From positions 7,125 to 71,124 of the forward strand of contig CALAMI010000008.1 in NCBI GenBank assembly GCA_937925685.1: 64,000 nucleotides of DNA, read 5' to 3'. How positions within the stretch are numbered: the stretch's first letter is position 1; every line of letters starts with the position of its first letter. Position numbers and translations under genes: made by a program. Below, in pieces: positions 40,601 through 50,334 of this stretch. A model generated the notes under the pieces. It worked only from the letters and a program-made list of their open reading frames with translations. It was not told the DNA's origin and did no database searches. This DNA is from Candidatus Binatia bacterium (GTDB taxonomy: Bacteria > Desulfobacterota > Binatia > HRBIN30).

Positions 40601-41882
40601 CTTCTGCTTGCGCACGCTGAAACTCATGTTCAGCACAGGTCTCCCGTAGAGCGGCGATCTCCTCCACGTACCGTGCTGCCCGGTCCTCGAGTGCGGCACG
40701 AGTGGACGTGGCAGCTTGGAGTAACTCACGAAGACGATCAAGTTCAGTCGTCGCTTGTTTGCCCGTCGACTGCGCCTGTTCGAGTTCGGCCCGCAGAGCA
40801 ACGAGCCGCTGCTCGCTCTCCTCTCGATAGCGGTCGAACCGCTGCCGCAGTTCGTCGAAACGCTCCTGCCACTGTGCATCACGTTGGCGAGCGAGCGACT
40901 CGAAGACCTCTCGTTCTCGTTGTCGCTCTTGACGCTCGGTTTCCAACTCCTCTTCGACACGGAGGACCTGCTCGGCATCTTGTTGGGCACGCATCTGCAG
41001 AGAGCACAGCTGTGCCTGCAAAGTTCCCAGCTCTCGCTCCAGAGCAGTCGAGCGGTTTTGCTCTTCCTCGAGGGCACGCGCTAGATCGTCGCGTGCTTGC
41101 CGCCACTCCGCCTCCTTCGACGCGGACTCTGCCCGCCAGCATCGCCGCTCTTGGTCGTGTTCGGCGCGCAGCAAATCCAACTCCGCGCGAAGCGACGTGA
41201 GCTGCCTTTCAAGTTCGCGAATGCGCTGCTCGGCCTGTTGCAGGGCGGAGGTCAGGGTTTCGTTCTCGTGTGCGCGCTGCCGAGCGGTTTCGAGAGCTTG
41301 TTCCAGTTGCCCTCGCAGCGTGGCATGCTCCCGCTCCAGCTGTTCGACGGCTTGACGCAACGTGGCGGTACGGGACGCCTCTGAAGCATAGGCCTTTTCT
41401 GCTTGGGCAAGGGCAGTTCGCAGCTGTTCCAGCTCGGCGTGGGTGCTCTGTGCAAGGGCTTGCAGCCGTTCCAATTCGGCTTGGAGGACGGCATTTTCCG
41501 TTTCCAGGTCTGCGGCCCTGGCATGAGCGTTCTCAAGCAGTGCTTCCAGCTCAGCGGCTCGTTGGCGCATGCTCTCTGCAGTGATCTGCCAGTGAAGCAG
41601 CTGCTCGCTCGTGGATTTTAGTTGCTCGCGGGCTTCGCCGAGTTCTTGCTCGAGCTGTTGGCGTATTTGTTGGGCTGCGCGCTTAAGGGCGTCAATCTGA
41701 CTGAGCGCTTCGCGATAGCGTGCTTCGGTTAACTGGAGCCTCTCGCGTGCGGCCGAATCGGCAAGCTGTAACCGCCGCAGGAGTTGATCTCGCTCTTGGC
41801 GTAAGGACTCAACCGTCGACTGCAACAAGATGAAGTCTTCGATTGAAGGTGTTCGGTTAAAGTGCGCGTCGTGCTCCGCCAT
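37683..41882 (-). CDS. 1399-aa coiled-coil protein with C-terminal receiver-like domains
   Basis: About 1090 aa of E/Q/R/L/A heptad-rich, nearly Pro-free sequence, a Pro/Ala linker, then 'PEVVLVDLSLPRADGLKLV..LR' receiver motif. Confidence 0.88.
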   Translation of the reverse strand: MAEHDAHFNRTPSIEDFILLQSTVESLRQERDQLLRRLQLADSAARERLQLTEARYREALSQIDALKRAAQQIRQQLEQELGEAREQLKSTSEQLLHWQITAESMRQRAAELEALLENAHARAADLETENAVLQAELERLQALAQSTHAELEQLRTALAQAEKAYASEASRTATLRQAVEQLEREHATLRGQLEQALETARQRAHENETLTSALQQAEQRIRELERQLTSLRAELDLLRAEHDQERRCWRAESASKEAEWRQARDDLARALEEEQNRSTALERELGTLQAQLCSLQMRAQQDAEQVLRVEEELETERQERQREREVFESLARQRDAQWQERFDELRQRFDRYREESEQRLVALRAELEQAQSTGKQATTELDRLRELLQAATSTRAALEDRAARYVEEIAALRETCAEHEFQRAQAEAHATELLQQLSEVKTEITRTTALLESYREQLAEERRHSAERLASWERDRLGLQQKINELELERLHTEAEIEQACWQVRVLDAALQKTTVEHHAAALAAAQARSEGARWELAYRLQSQAYDALERRHIAEADTAARDRQRLGALIRTVYAEQEESRRRHAELDAALKAKTHRQGLLEAQQHELQQQNKHLLDEAARFRQALEEAETRATALTAQLAEQEKTKVRLVEEYQNSLSERDRKVLALEHERDHLLSEIGELQNALAQAYAKSARAESSYQEEIAALRAELATWPQRAAALTEAADGAQKELHAFREALLAKEHAYEDLQAQYRSLENRASLLEARAEENRTAYEKTLAELELAREHLQALQEQSVAILQAQEVLTQENQTLKSHLKRLADEHRALAAAQQRAVQERDEAVARWQESEALRRKEQTSYLAVRQQLDAERDALRNALDAARAQQAQLQAQIALWQREKAARPGMPTADLLELEHERTELKAQVEKLSAVIRQLGQEREEQRVAALQAQTALTARIDELSAERGALTLRVAELETLVSQLDRECERLRKERLSPEELRKYKAEVNRLEARVEELERLRAEAAQNHSAVVAGYLLELNQRTDALQAKEAELQKLQRELQELEANVEELHGRLQGEREERAQLEAALDELRRAAASGKPRPTLALQDAAVVTASSKPALEEPSPTPTVGAAENAFPAAQPMAGSQTTLAQVAKTPGFTVVHLEENKECREGVQRLLRQLPQARYLNTLDLAAPAKEGPLLLAVNLLNRAHDPIAALARVVSHTGAWTVFAYCADGKFGFLFGEATFFPSPFDVHACATWLLSTYGSVQRLLVASNNIEMTSELRTALAKIRCSASVALDYRQVVELVPLVQPEVVLVDLSLPRADGLKLVSRLRNDEKTAALPLGIILPDHQRVAEFRKNAFRAAREGSFSVDKLVKSLAQDLGLPEPRGENATQTLSTRSH

Positions 41883-41893
41883 CGGGTACAGCT

Positions 41894-44800
41894 CTAAGCC
41901 CCTGTCGGCTCGGCCGCAGCTAGGCGTGCGGGCAGGATCTCTTTACCGGCCACCCGGACCATCTCCTCGATCAATTGTTCCTTGTTAAACGGCTTGGTGA
42001 GGTAACCTTGCGCTCCGACTTCCCGAGCACGGTTACGGTGCTTGTCGCTCGACCGCGAGCTGCACACGATCACGGGTAGGTGGCAGAGCCGCGGCTGGCG
42101 CCGGATCTCGGCAATCAGCTCGTAGCCGTGCATGCGTGGCATTTCGAGATCGGTGATGACCAAGCGAAAGCGGCCGGTAGCCAGTTTGTCCAAGGCATCT
42201 AAACCGTCGACTGCGGTGTCGACCTCCCAGCCTTCGCTTTGGAGGAAGCGGCTGGTGAGCTTACGCACGCTAATGGAATCGTCGACGACCAGAATGGCGT
42301 CCGCGCGAACTTCGATCGCATCGCTATGGGCTTCGAAAATGAATGTGGACTGATGCACTGCCTCGGCCTGCAGGAGTTCGAACAGGTGGGCCACATGCAG
42401 TGTGAAGATGACCGTTCCATCGCCAGAGATCGTTGCTCCGGAAAGAAACGGGTGCGACTCCAAGATCCGACCTAACGGTTGAAGTACGGCCTCGCGTTGT
42501 GGTTCGACATGATCGACGATGAGGGCCATCAGTTTGTCGCCGCTGCGCAGTAGCAGGCCGGTGGCCACATCACTGGGTGAAGGTTCCCCGACCAAAGGTC
42601 CAAGGAACAGCACAGGAACCAGCTCATTCCGCACTTGCAGCATCGGCTGCCCGTCGACTTCCATCAGTTGGTCTCGGTGCACGCTGACGGCCTGCTCCAC
42701 GAAATCCGCGCCGATCGCGTAGCGATGGCTGCCCGCATGCAGGATCAGGACCTCGTCGATACTGGAGCTAATGGGCAGCATGAGCCGGATGGTGGTGCCT
42801 TCGAAATCGCGGGATTCCACCTGCAAGGTGCCATTCAAGGCGGCGACTTCTCGTGCAACGACATCCATCCCTACGCCACGCCCTGAAAGGTCGGTCACTT
42901 CGTCGCCGGTGCTGAAGCCGGGTCGGAAAATCAAAGACATCAAGTAATCTCGCGAGGGGTGTGCGTTGACAGGAATCAGACCGAGGGCGCGCCCTTTGGC
43001 GAGAATGGCATCGTAGTCAATGCCCCGGCCATCGTCTTGAACCTCAATGGTTACACTATTGTGCCGGGGATGCGCGGCAATGCGGATGGTGCCTGCCGTG
43101 GCTTTTCCGCGAGACTGTCGGTCAGCAGGTAGTTCAATGCCGTGCGAAATGGCGTTTCTTACCAGGTGCAAGAGGGGAGCATATAAGGCCTCGACGATGG
43201 CTTTGTCTAATTGTACCTCGCCACCCTCGAGAACGAGGTCGACGATTTTCCCGGCCTGGCGAGCAGCTGTCCGTATGGGCCGTACTAAACGGCGGAAGAC
43301 GGTTTCTAGGGGAATCATCCGGAGGCGAGTGATCTGGCGCTGCAAGGCCGACGTGATTTTGTTGAATTGGCGCGACTCGTCGCCAAACGATTCGATCAGT
43401 TTACCCAACTGATCGGCGATCTCTCCTGTGTCCGTTGCCAGTTCGATGACGCTACGCGCAAGGATGTTGACGTCGTCGTACTTGTCAAACTCGAGATCGG
43501 TAAAGAAATTGTCCGTGTCAGCTGCTGCCGCTGTGTCAGCGGCCCCGCTCTGCGCGCGGCGCTCGCCGATGGTGTACTCGTAGTGTTCTTGGAAGCCTTG
43601 GATGAGGTCCGTGAGGCGGCGGCGGCAATAGTCGAGTTTGTCGCGCAGTTCAGCGAATGTTTCGATTTTTCGCTCCATCCGCGTGCGGCTGACGACCAGC
43701 TGGGTGACCTGGCTCATCAACGAATCTAATCGGGCCGCATGGATGCGTACGGTGGCCGCCTCGGGGTTTTGGTCGATGCTCAAGCTGGCTTCTGGGGTGG
43801 CGCTTGTAGCCACTTCCGGCTGGGGCTCGTAGGGCGAGATCTCCTCGGCCAACGGCTGCCGGCTCAGAGCAGCGATCTCTTGGGCTACTTGCTGTGCCCC
43901 ATCGGGCGCGGTGGGTATGCCAACACGTGCCTGGCTGACAAAGGCACGAATGCTGTCGGTGAGGCGGAATAAAAGGTCTACCACGCGAGGCGTGGGCACG
44001 CGCAGGGTCTCGTTTAACACAGCCTCGAGTAACGATTCCCCCTGGTGGACGTGTTCGGCGATGTGATCTAAGCCCACGGCGCCGGCCGCCCCTTTAAGGG
44101 TATGGAAGCGGCGAAACAAAGCTTGCAGCAAACTCCGGTCTTCAGGCTGGCGCTCGAGCTGAAGCAGCAAACGCTCGGCAGCTTCCAAGGCTTCTTCCGC
44201 GTCGAGCACAAACGCCTCGAGTAACTCGGCGTCGACTTCGGATCCGAGGGAAAGTGGAGAACTGCAGGGCACCGCGCTGGCAGGACGCAGGAAGGCGGGA
44301 AGCTCGGGGAGGGTCAGACCGGCCAATTGAAAGATTGCCTCTAGCGTACTCTGCACGGGCGCCAGGCTCTCAGGTGGGAGATCACCGCTGTGTGCTGCTT
44401 GAGCAAAGCAATCTTGAAGATAACGGGCGAGGTTCGAGAGATCCTCTCGGCCGACCATAGCGGCCGATCCCTTGATGGTATGGAAAACTCGCGAGAGATC
44501 GTAAAGCGAATGGCTTTTTTGGTCCGGGTCATTTACACCACGGAGAAGTTCCGGCACACGGGCGAGGTTATCGCGCAACTCTTCGTTGAAGGTTGCTTCG
44601 AGTTCGGCGCGCCAGGCTTCATCTTCGCTGGTCCTTGTTGGCTCGCAATCCGTAGGCTTTGCCGGTAGCGGACTGGATTGCTCCATTTCCGCTTGCTCTC
44701 GAACGAGCTGGCGGATCTCCTCGGGAAAGCAGAGGAAGAATTCCGTGAAGAGGTTTTCCTGCCGTTCCGGGTCTGCCCCTTCCATGGCATCTTCCAGGAG

Positions 44801-45112
44801 TGCTTCGACAAAGGGTAAGCTGAACTGCATCTGCTGGAGCAGTGCTGCCCGGCGGAGGTTAGGAGGCAAATGCCTGGAGAGTAGATCGGAGAGCCATTCG
44901 ATCGTTGCCCCCGCTCGACTCAAATAGGTGAGCCCGACAAGGCTCGCGCTTCCTTTGAGCGAATGACCGTAACTACGCAAACGCTCGATGGCAGGGCGAT
45001 CCTCAGGATCCTCATTGAGCCGCGTGAGCTCGTCGCGGATCCCTTCGAGAAGGCGCAAGACGTCCTCGCGGAACAGGTCTTTAATTTCTTCGAGCCGGAA
45101 TCGGTCGGCCAT
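41894..45112 (-). CDS. cheA: Hybrid CheA/ChpA-like kinase (3 Hpt, HATPase, CheW, REC)
   Basis: HSLKGSA, HTIKGSA, HTLKGAA; HLVRNAISHGIE; DDGRG; GFST...SGRGVGMDVV; C-terminal VVDDS..TDLEMP..KPF. Confidence 0.95.
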   Translation of the reverse strand: MADRFRLEEIKDLFREDVLRLLEGIRDELTRLNEDPEDRPAIERLRSYGHSLKGSASLVGLTYLSRAGATIEWLSDLLSRHLPPNLRRAALLQQMQFSLPFVEALLEDAMEGADPERQENLFTEFFLCFPEEIRQLVREQAEMEQSSPLPAKPTDCEPTRTSEDEAWRAELEATFNEELRDNLARVPELLRGVNDPDQKSHSLYDLSRVFHTIKGSAAMVGREDLSNLARYLQDCFAQAAHSGDLPPESLAPVQSTLEAIFQLAGLTLPELPAFLRPASAVPCSSPLSLGSEVDAELLEAFVLDAEEALEAAERLLLQLERQPEDRSLLQALFRRFHTLKGAAGAVGLDHIAEHVHQGESLLEAVLNETLRVPTPRVVDLLFRLTDSIRAFVSQARVGIPTAPDGAQQVAQEIAALSRQPLAEEISPYEPQPEVATSATPEASLSIDQNPEAATVRIHAARLDSLMSQVTQLVVSRTRMERKIETFAELRDKLDYCRRRLTDLIQGFQEHYEYTIGERRAQSGAADTAAAADTDNFFTDLEFDKYDDVNILARSVIELATDTGEIADQLGKLIESFGDESRQFNKITSALQRQITRLRMIPLETVFRRLVRPIRTAARQAGKIVDLVLEGGEVQLDKAIVEALYAPLLHLVRNAISHGIELPADRQSRGKATAGTIRIAAHPRHNSVTIEVQDDGRGIDYDAILAKGRALGLIPVNAHPSRDYLMSLIFRPGFSTGDEVTDLSGRGVGMDVVAREVAALNGTLQVESRDFEGTTIRLMLPISSSIDEVLILHAGSHRYAIGADFVEQAVSVHRDQLMEVDGQPMLQVRNELVPVLFLGPLVGEPSPSDVATGLLLRSGDKLMALIVDHVEPQREAVLQPLGRILESHPFLSGATISGDGTVIFTLHVAHLFELLQAEAVHQSTFIFEAHSDAIEVRADAILVVDDSISVRKLTSRFLQSEGWEVDTAVDGLDALDKLATGRFRLVITDLEMPRMHGYELIAEIRRQPRLCHLPVIVCSSRSSDKHRNRAREVGAQGYLTKPFNKEQLIEEMVRVAGKEILPARLAAAEPTGA

Positions 45113-45143
45113 AGTTCCCGCCTCACGAAGGACCAAGTTGCCC

Positions 45144-47768
45144 CTAGGAGAACGTCAGTGCTCGGCCGTTCCCCCTGGTGCTCGCCTCGGAGAGCTCGCC
45201 CTCCCCAGCAATGACGTTCTCTGCATTCGCCGTGGGCTCGGGTGGGAGAGCGGCAGTGGGTAGTTCGGCCTCGAGCTCAGGAATGCGGAACAGACCAATT
45301 TGCTCGTTGAGCTGTTTGGCCACTTCGAAGAGGCTAGTCGAGTTCTGTTGTGTGCGTTCGGCAGCGAGTTGTGCTTGCCGTGCAACTTCTGAGATGCTCT
45401 GCATCGCAGCGCTTACTCGTTGCGCTGTCGCAGCTTGTTCTTCGGTTGCCCGGGAGATGTCGGCAATCAGCTCGGCACTTTGCGTCGAGGCTTGTAAGAT
45501 TTCCTCGAGGCTTGCGCCGGCATTGAACACCATCGAAGTTTGCTCTTCCACGTGTTGAGCTTGACGTTCGATGTTGCCAACTGCGTCGTTAGTTTCCGCC
45601 TGGATAGATGCAATGAGTTCGGCGATTTCCCGCGTGGCAGCTTCGGTCTGTTCTGCGAGTTTGCGGACTTCGTCAGCGACCACACTAAAACCAAGGCCGT
45701 GCTCACCGGCACGCGAAGCCTCGATTGCGGCATTGAGCGCGAGCATGTTTGTTTGCGCCGAGATTTTTTGAATGGTGTTGGTGATCGTCGAAATTTCCAT
45801 GGATCGCTCACCAAGTCGCTTGATCTTCACCGCTGCCGCTCGGGTGTTCTTCTGCAGCGCGTCCATGCCGGCGATCACTCGTTTGACAAGATCACCGCCT
45901 TGCTGCGCGGCAGCCTCGGTTTTACGAGCCGCCTCGGCAGCCACGGCGGCGTCGCTTTGTACAGCTCGAATCCTCTCTGTCATGTCGACCACGCTTTCGG
46001 TGGTTTCTGCGACTTCGTCTGCCTGTCGGACTGCCCCTGCTACCAGTTGGTCCGCGGAACTGCGAATGCCGGTGGCCGCATCGAACACCCGTGCCGACGC
46101 TCCGCGAAGATGTTGAATGAGGGCACCGACGTTTTCGAACATCAAGTTTAACGCGTCAGCGAGGTTCCCCAGAGTTCCGCTGCCGACCACCGCTCGCTGA
46201 GTGAAGTCGCCGTCGGCTGCCGCAGCGACGACCACGAGCAAGTCACGAATTTCTTTTTGCAAACGTCGATGTTCTTCCTCGGCTTGAACCAAGGCGTCTA
46301 CGCGTTCATCTAAGGCTTGATTTAAGCCCTGGGCGAGCAAGCCGAGCTCATTTCGCGCCCGCACCCGTGCACGAGCGCGGTAGTTGCCCTTCTGGATCTC
46401 GGCAACTACATTCGCCAAGGCGCGAACGGGCCGGGAGAAGCTCGCCGACACCAGGAGTGCCGTAAGAACGAACCCGCCAATCAAGGCACTGGCCAGGCTG
46501 GTTGTCATTTTTCTCAATTGCACAACCGGTTCGAGAGCTTCTTCCTCGGTAATTTCGGCAACGACGAGCCAATCGAGACCGTGCAGATTTTCCAGTGGTG
46601 CGGAGGTCCCGAGCACGGGCACCCCACGGTAACCAATGTAGCGTCCGGAAAATGCTTCTTGTCCTGGGGCTAAACGCGTTGCTTCGGTATCAATTTTCTG
46701 ACGGAGGACCGCGGTCCGCGCTTGAGCTATTGTCGGGTCGTTCTGACCCAACTCCCCAAGGAATCGGGACTCGCTGCGGAGAAGTTGGTCCCTGGCTCCG
46801 GCTCCGACTAGGTATGCTTCACCCGTTTGTCCTAGACCCGATCGCGCCCACTGGTTGTCAGCCGTCATGATGGCATTGATTTCCTCGATGTTCAGCTGAA
46901 CGATGAGGGCGCCAATTTTCTGGCCTGCTTCATAAATCGGACTGCCTGCAAAAGCCGAAGCTCGCCCGTGCTGGGCGAAGTAGGGCGAAAAATCTAGGAA
47001 AATATAGTCGCCTTCGCGGGCTTCTGTCTGCAGCCGCTGAAACAGTTGGCCCATGGCGCTCTGGGCGAATCGGCCCTCGAGGAGATTGACCTGGAAGTCC
47101 GGCCCCTTGTTGACGGAGTAAACGACTCGTCCGGTGGCCGTGTCTACCAGGTAAACGTCTTCGTAACGGAAGCGTACCGCGGTATTAACGAACACTGGAT
47201 GCCAGACCGCGTGGTAGCTGCTGTAACGCGTATTGTCTTTGGCATTCTCGAGCAGCAGTTTTCGAGTGGGTGGATTAGGGTTGTTGGCAATATACTGCGA
47301 CTGTAGGTATATCCCCGATCGCTGCGGTGGCACCACCTCGCTGAGGCTGAGTGTCTTGTTGGCAAGCTCGGTACCGAAGAAGACACTGAAGTATTGCTTG
47401 ACGGCCTCTTGGTGCGATCGCAATTTGTCACCCTCGGTTGCCGGGTCGCTTTCCAGCTCTTTCACCGCGGTAATAAACTGGCGGACTGCCAGAGCTGTGC
47501 TCGGATTCCGGGCTAAGCTGAGGACCTGGTCCTCGAGGCCGTTGAGGTAACGCTCGACCTCTCGCTGCTTGTTGTCGCGGACAGTAGCCAGTTGCCGAAG
47601 GGCTTGTTGGCGTAGCGAATCCGAGGCGACGCGGTAGCCAATGTAACCTACCGCTGCGATGGCAGCGACCGCTAACGGGACAAAGGCAATGATCAACTGC
47701 CATAGAATGGGGAAGCGAACCGCACGAGTGCGCTTTGCTGAGGTTTTTTCTTCTGCCTTAGTCGCCAT
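45144..47768 (-). CDS. Methyl-accepting chemotaxis protein (PilJ-like) with Cache-like periplasmic domain and HAMP
   Basis: Two TMs, HAMP (NELGLLA..LN), [35 protein letters not shown]. Confidence 0.95.
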   Translation of the reverse strand: MATKAEEKTSAKRTRAVRFPILWQLIIAFVPLAVAAIAAVGYIGYRVASDSLRQQALRQLATVRDNKQREVERYLNGLEDQVLSLARNPSTALAVRQFITAVKELESDPATEGDKLRSHQEAVKQYFSVFFGTELANKTLSLSEVVPPQRSGIYLQSQYIANNPNPPTRKLLLENAKDNTRYSSYHAVWHPVFVNTAVRFRYEDVYLVDTATGRVVYSVNKGPDFQVNLLEGRFAQSAMGQLFQRLQTEAREGDYIFLDFSPYFAQHGRASAFAGSPIYEAGQKIGALIVQLNIEEINAIMTADNQWARSGLGQTGEAYLVGAGARDQLLRSESRFLGELGQNDPTIAQARTAVLRQKIDTEATRLAPGQEAFSGRYIGYRGVPVLGTSAPLENLHGLDWLVVAEITEEEALEPVVQLRKMTTSLASALIGGFVLTALLVSASFSRPVRALANVVAEIQKGNYRARARVRARNELGLLAQGLNQALDERVDALVQAEEEHRRLQKEIRDLLVVVAAAADGDFTQRAVVGSGTLGNLADALNLMFENVGALIQHLRGASARVFDAATGIRSSADQLVAGAVRQADEVAETTESVVDMTERIRAVQSDAAVAAEAARKTEAAAQQGGDLVKRVIAGMDALQKNTRAAAVKIKRLGERSMEISTITNTIQKISAQTNMLALNAAIEASRAGEHGLGFSVVADEVRKLAEQTEAATREIAELIASIQAETNDAVGNIERQAQHVEEQTSMVFNAGASLEEILQASTQSAELIADISRATEEQAATAQRVSAAMQSISEVARQAQLAAERTQQNSTSLFEVAKQLNEQIGLFRIPELEAELPTAALPPEPTANAENVIAGEGELSEASTRGNGRALTFS

Positions 47769-47794
47769 CTGGAACTCCTCCCTTCGGGCACAAT

Positions 47795-48373
47795 TCAGGC
47801 GCGTGACTGGATCGCGAGCCCCTGTGTTCGGCCTTGTTGAAACCCCTGTTGAGTCAGAGTTACGGCAGCTTGTGCGAGGCTTCGAGGGTCGAGCACGGAT
47901 ACGACGCCTAGCGGTCCCTCCCAGTAACCTTTGATGTGTGGTCGTCCAGTTCCGGCTTCTCCGCCAGAGCGGATTTCGCGGGGGTTAATGGGCCGTACCT
48001 CCCGCACACGGTCAACCACGAGTCCGAGATGGATGCTGTCGACAGACAGGACTAGAACGTGATCCTCGGGTGTGAATAAACGAGGTTCAAAACCCACTAA
48101 AAGGTCGAACCGGACTAGGGGTAGGACTTCACCCCGTAAATTGATCACCCCAACGACCAGATCCGGGGCCCGAGGTACGGGTGCTGGCGTCTCGTCGAAC
48201 AAAACTTCTCGTGCGGCACTCACCGGAACGGCAAACAGCTCACCGTTACGGGAGAAAACGCAGTGCTCGTGCCCGAGTTGAGCCAGCCGCTCGGACAGTT
48301 GATCCGCCACGTCCATTGTGGGCGGAGCGGTTACAGGTTCGGTGCGTGCTGGTGCGTCGGCGGCGGCCTTCAT
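47795..48373 (-). CDS. cheW: CheW/PilI-like coupling protein
   Basis: [28 protein letters not shown]. Confidence 0.93.
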   Translation of the reverse strand: MKAAADAPARTEPVTAPPTMDVADQLSERLAQLGHEHCVFSRNGELFAVPVSAAREVLFDETPAPVPRAPDLVVGVINLRGEVLPLVRFDLLVGFEPRLFTPEDHVLVLSVDSIHLGLVVDRVREVRPINPREIRSGGEAGTGRPHIKGYWEGPLGVVSVLDPRSLAQAAVTLTQQGFQQGRTQGLAIQSRA

Positions 48374-48729
48374 ACGTACTTCCGCACAATGGCCAGCAAG
48401 TCGTTGGGGGAAAATGGCTTGGTCAGGTAATCGGATGCCCCTTGACGCTGACCCCAGAATCGATCACTTTCCCCATTTTTCGAACTGACGATGACAATCG
48501 GGATGTGCTTTGTTGCGGCATCGCGTTTCAACTGGCGACAGGTGGCAAAGCCATCTTGCCCAGGCATGACGATGTCTAACAGGATGAGATCGGGTTGATC
48601 TGCGCGGGCTCGCTCGATGGCTTCAAGGCCGTTACTAGCACGAATGCATTCGTAGCCTGCTGGCCTCAAGGTATCGGCCATCAGCTGTACGTCGCTGCGA
48701 ATGTCATCGACGATCAAGATCTTCGGCAT
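48370..48729 (-). CDS. Single-domain response regulator, PilH-like
   Basis: IVDD, LLDIVMPGQDGFATCRQLKRD, SSKNGESDRFWG..QGA..YLTKPF (PilH-type signature). Confidence 0.9.
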   Translation of the reverse strand: MPKILIVDDIRSDVQLMADTLRPAGYECIRASNGLEAIERARADQPDLILLDIVMPGQDGFATCRQLKRDAATKHIPIVIVSSKNGESDRFWGQRQGASDYLTKPFSPNDLLAIVRKYV

Positions 48730-48783
48730 GGTTTTCGTTCCCCTTGAGCGATTAAACTCCTCAGCAAATCAAAGCTCTCTTGC

Positions 48784-50304
48784 TCATGACGCACCCACGA
48801 GCGGGGGCGTTCGTTCCCTTTCGGCTTGCGAAATGCTTTCTTGGCTAGTACCTGCAGAGGGCGCCGTTGGGTCTCCTCGGTTGGACTCCGCTGAATTTGC
48901 TGGCTTGCTGGGGACGGGAGGCGCGCTAATGCGCGCTTCCGCCTCGAACAACGAGTGTACGACGGTGCGGATCCCCCGTTCGTGAAGCGAAGCTTGTTGC
49001 GCGGTCTGGTCGGCTAAGGTGGGAGGGGGAACCTTTTCCGGTGAGAGTACCCCGATGATTTCTGCGGATGCCATTTCAGGTAACCGAGCCGTTAACGCGA
49101 GCTGATCCCACAAGGCTCCGGCCCAAGTGATCTCGACGAAGACGGCCTGGGGACCGAAAAGCCGGGTGATCATGGGAAGCTGGCGGAAACCTTCCGTGAT
49201 GTGAAAAATCTGCCAGTCGGGATGCGCAGCGGTTAGAGCAGGAAGCTGGCGGTGCACCATGCTGCCCTTTGTGCAGACAACCAACACACGCTTTTTCTCC
49301 ACCGGCATTTCATGGGCTGCAACACCGGCCGATGTAGCGCGGAACAAGAGCCTGCAAGCACGGCGGAAAATTTCGTGCAGCGACTCGTTGAACGACCGCA
49401 CTGACCCGTCACTGTACAAGCGGTACTTTACCCGGGATCGAGCGTGGTGTAGGCACTCCCCGAGTTCGTGAATTAGTGCCTCCAAAATATCGATGTAAGA
49501 CTTGGCTTGGTCCGTCGTCGCTCCGAGCGGTGTGTCTACCTCCTCCACGTAAACCCCTTCCGTGCTTGATCGGAGCGTTTCGAACATGAGGTCAAGGGCT
49601 TCTCGGCGATCCGATTCCGAGGCCAGCGGCGCTCCAAATTCTGCGAGTAAGCCTTCGTCGGTGGGCAGCGCGGGCGCTGGCTTGTGGCGAGTTGGTCGCG
49701 GGCGGGTGGCCACGCGCGGGGGCACTGAAACGGTTGCCGGAGGTGGGGCAGTGTATGGGGGTGGTGACGGCTGTGCTGCTCTGGACAGACCTTCAACTGA
49801 GGCAGCCACCGCCGGTGTCTCTATAGGCATCGCTGTGGCGGTGGAAATTGGGGTCACTGGCGGGATGGATAGCCCCTCCGCCTCGTGCACTGGAACGGCC
49901 GCTTTGACCTGCTCGCCCGCTGCCGTCTTCGCCAGAACCTCGGCAAGAATACTGGTGACGACTTGTGGTTTGAAGGGCTTGGCGATGTAGCTGACGACAT
50001 TGCGGGCATCTCGATATGCTTGACGGATCTCTGCACCTTTTGCGGAAACCAAAATCACAGGAATGTGAGCAGTTTCCGGGTCGAGCGCTAAATGCTGGCA
50101 AACTTCACTGCCCCGCATATCGGGAAGAATGAAATCCAGCAGGATCACGTCGGGTTTAAAACTTTTTGCCTTTGCTAAAGCATCGGCGCCATCAACAGCT
50201 AGCTCCAAGTCATAGCCCGCAGGCTTCAATACAATTTCCAGAGCTTTCCGGATCGTCAAACTGTCATCTACCCCGAGCACTCGGGCTTTTCGCTCAATTG
50301 TCAT
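48784..50304 (-). CDS. Multidomain response regulator (REC, Pro-rich linker, unknown region, degenerate receiver)
   Basis: N-terminal GVDDS, LLDF, VSAK, KPF; C-terminal RVLVV...QAVFVEITW. Confidence 0.85.
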   Translation of the reverse strand: MTIERKARVLGVDDSLTIRKALEIVLKPAGYDLELAVDGADALAKAKSFKPDVILLDFILPDMRGSEVCQHLALDPETAHIPVILVSAKGAEIRQAYRDARNVVSYIAKPFKPQVVTSILAEVLAKTAAGEQVKAAVPVHEAEGLSIPPVTPISTATAMPIETPAVAASVEGLSRAAQPSPPPYTAPPPATVSVPPRVATRPRPTRHKPAPALPTDEGLLAEFGAPLASESDRREALDLMFETLRSSTEGVYVEEVDTPLGATTDQAKSYIDILEALIHELGECLHHARSRVKYRLYSDGSVRSFNESLHEIFRRACRLLFRATSAGVAAHEMPVEKKRVLVVCTKGSMVHRQLPALTAAHPDWQIFHITEGFRQLPMITRLFGPQAVFVEITWAGALWDQLALTARLPEMASAEIIGVLSPEKVPPPTLADQTAQQASLHERGIRTVVHSLFEAEARISAPPVPSKPANSAESNRGDPTAPSAGTSQESISQAERERTPPLVGAS

Positions 50305-50334
50305 GCGAAGGACTCCTTTTGAATCTTGCTGCCG

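Noticed and set aside
38600-41850. SMC/SbcC or phage tape-measure call for the coiled-coil protein
   Set aside because: No Walker A/B, hinge or phage neighbours; it lies in a chemosensory operon
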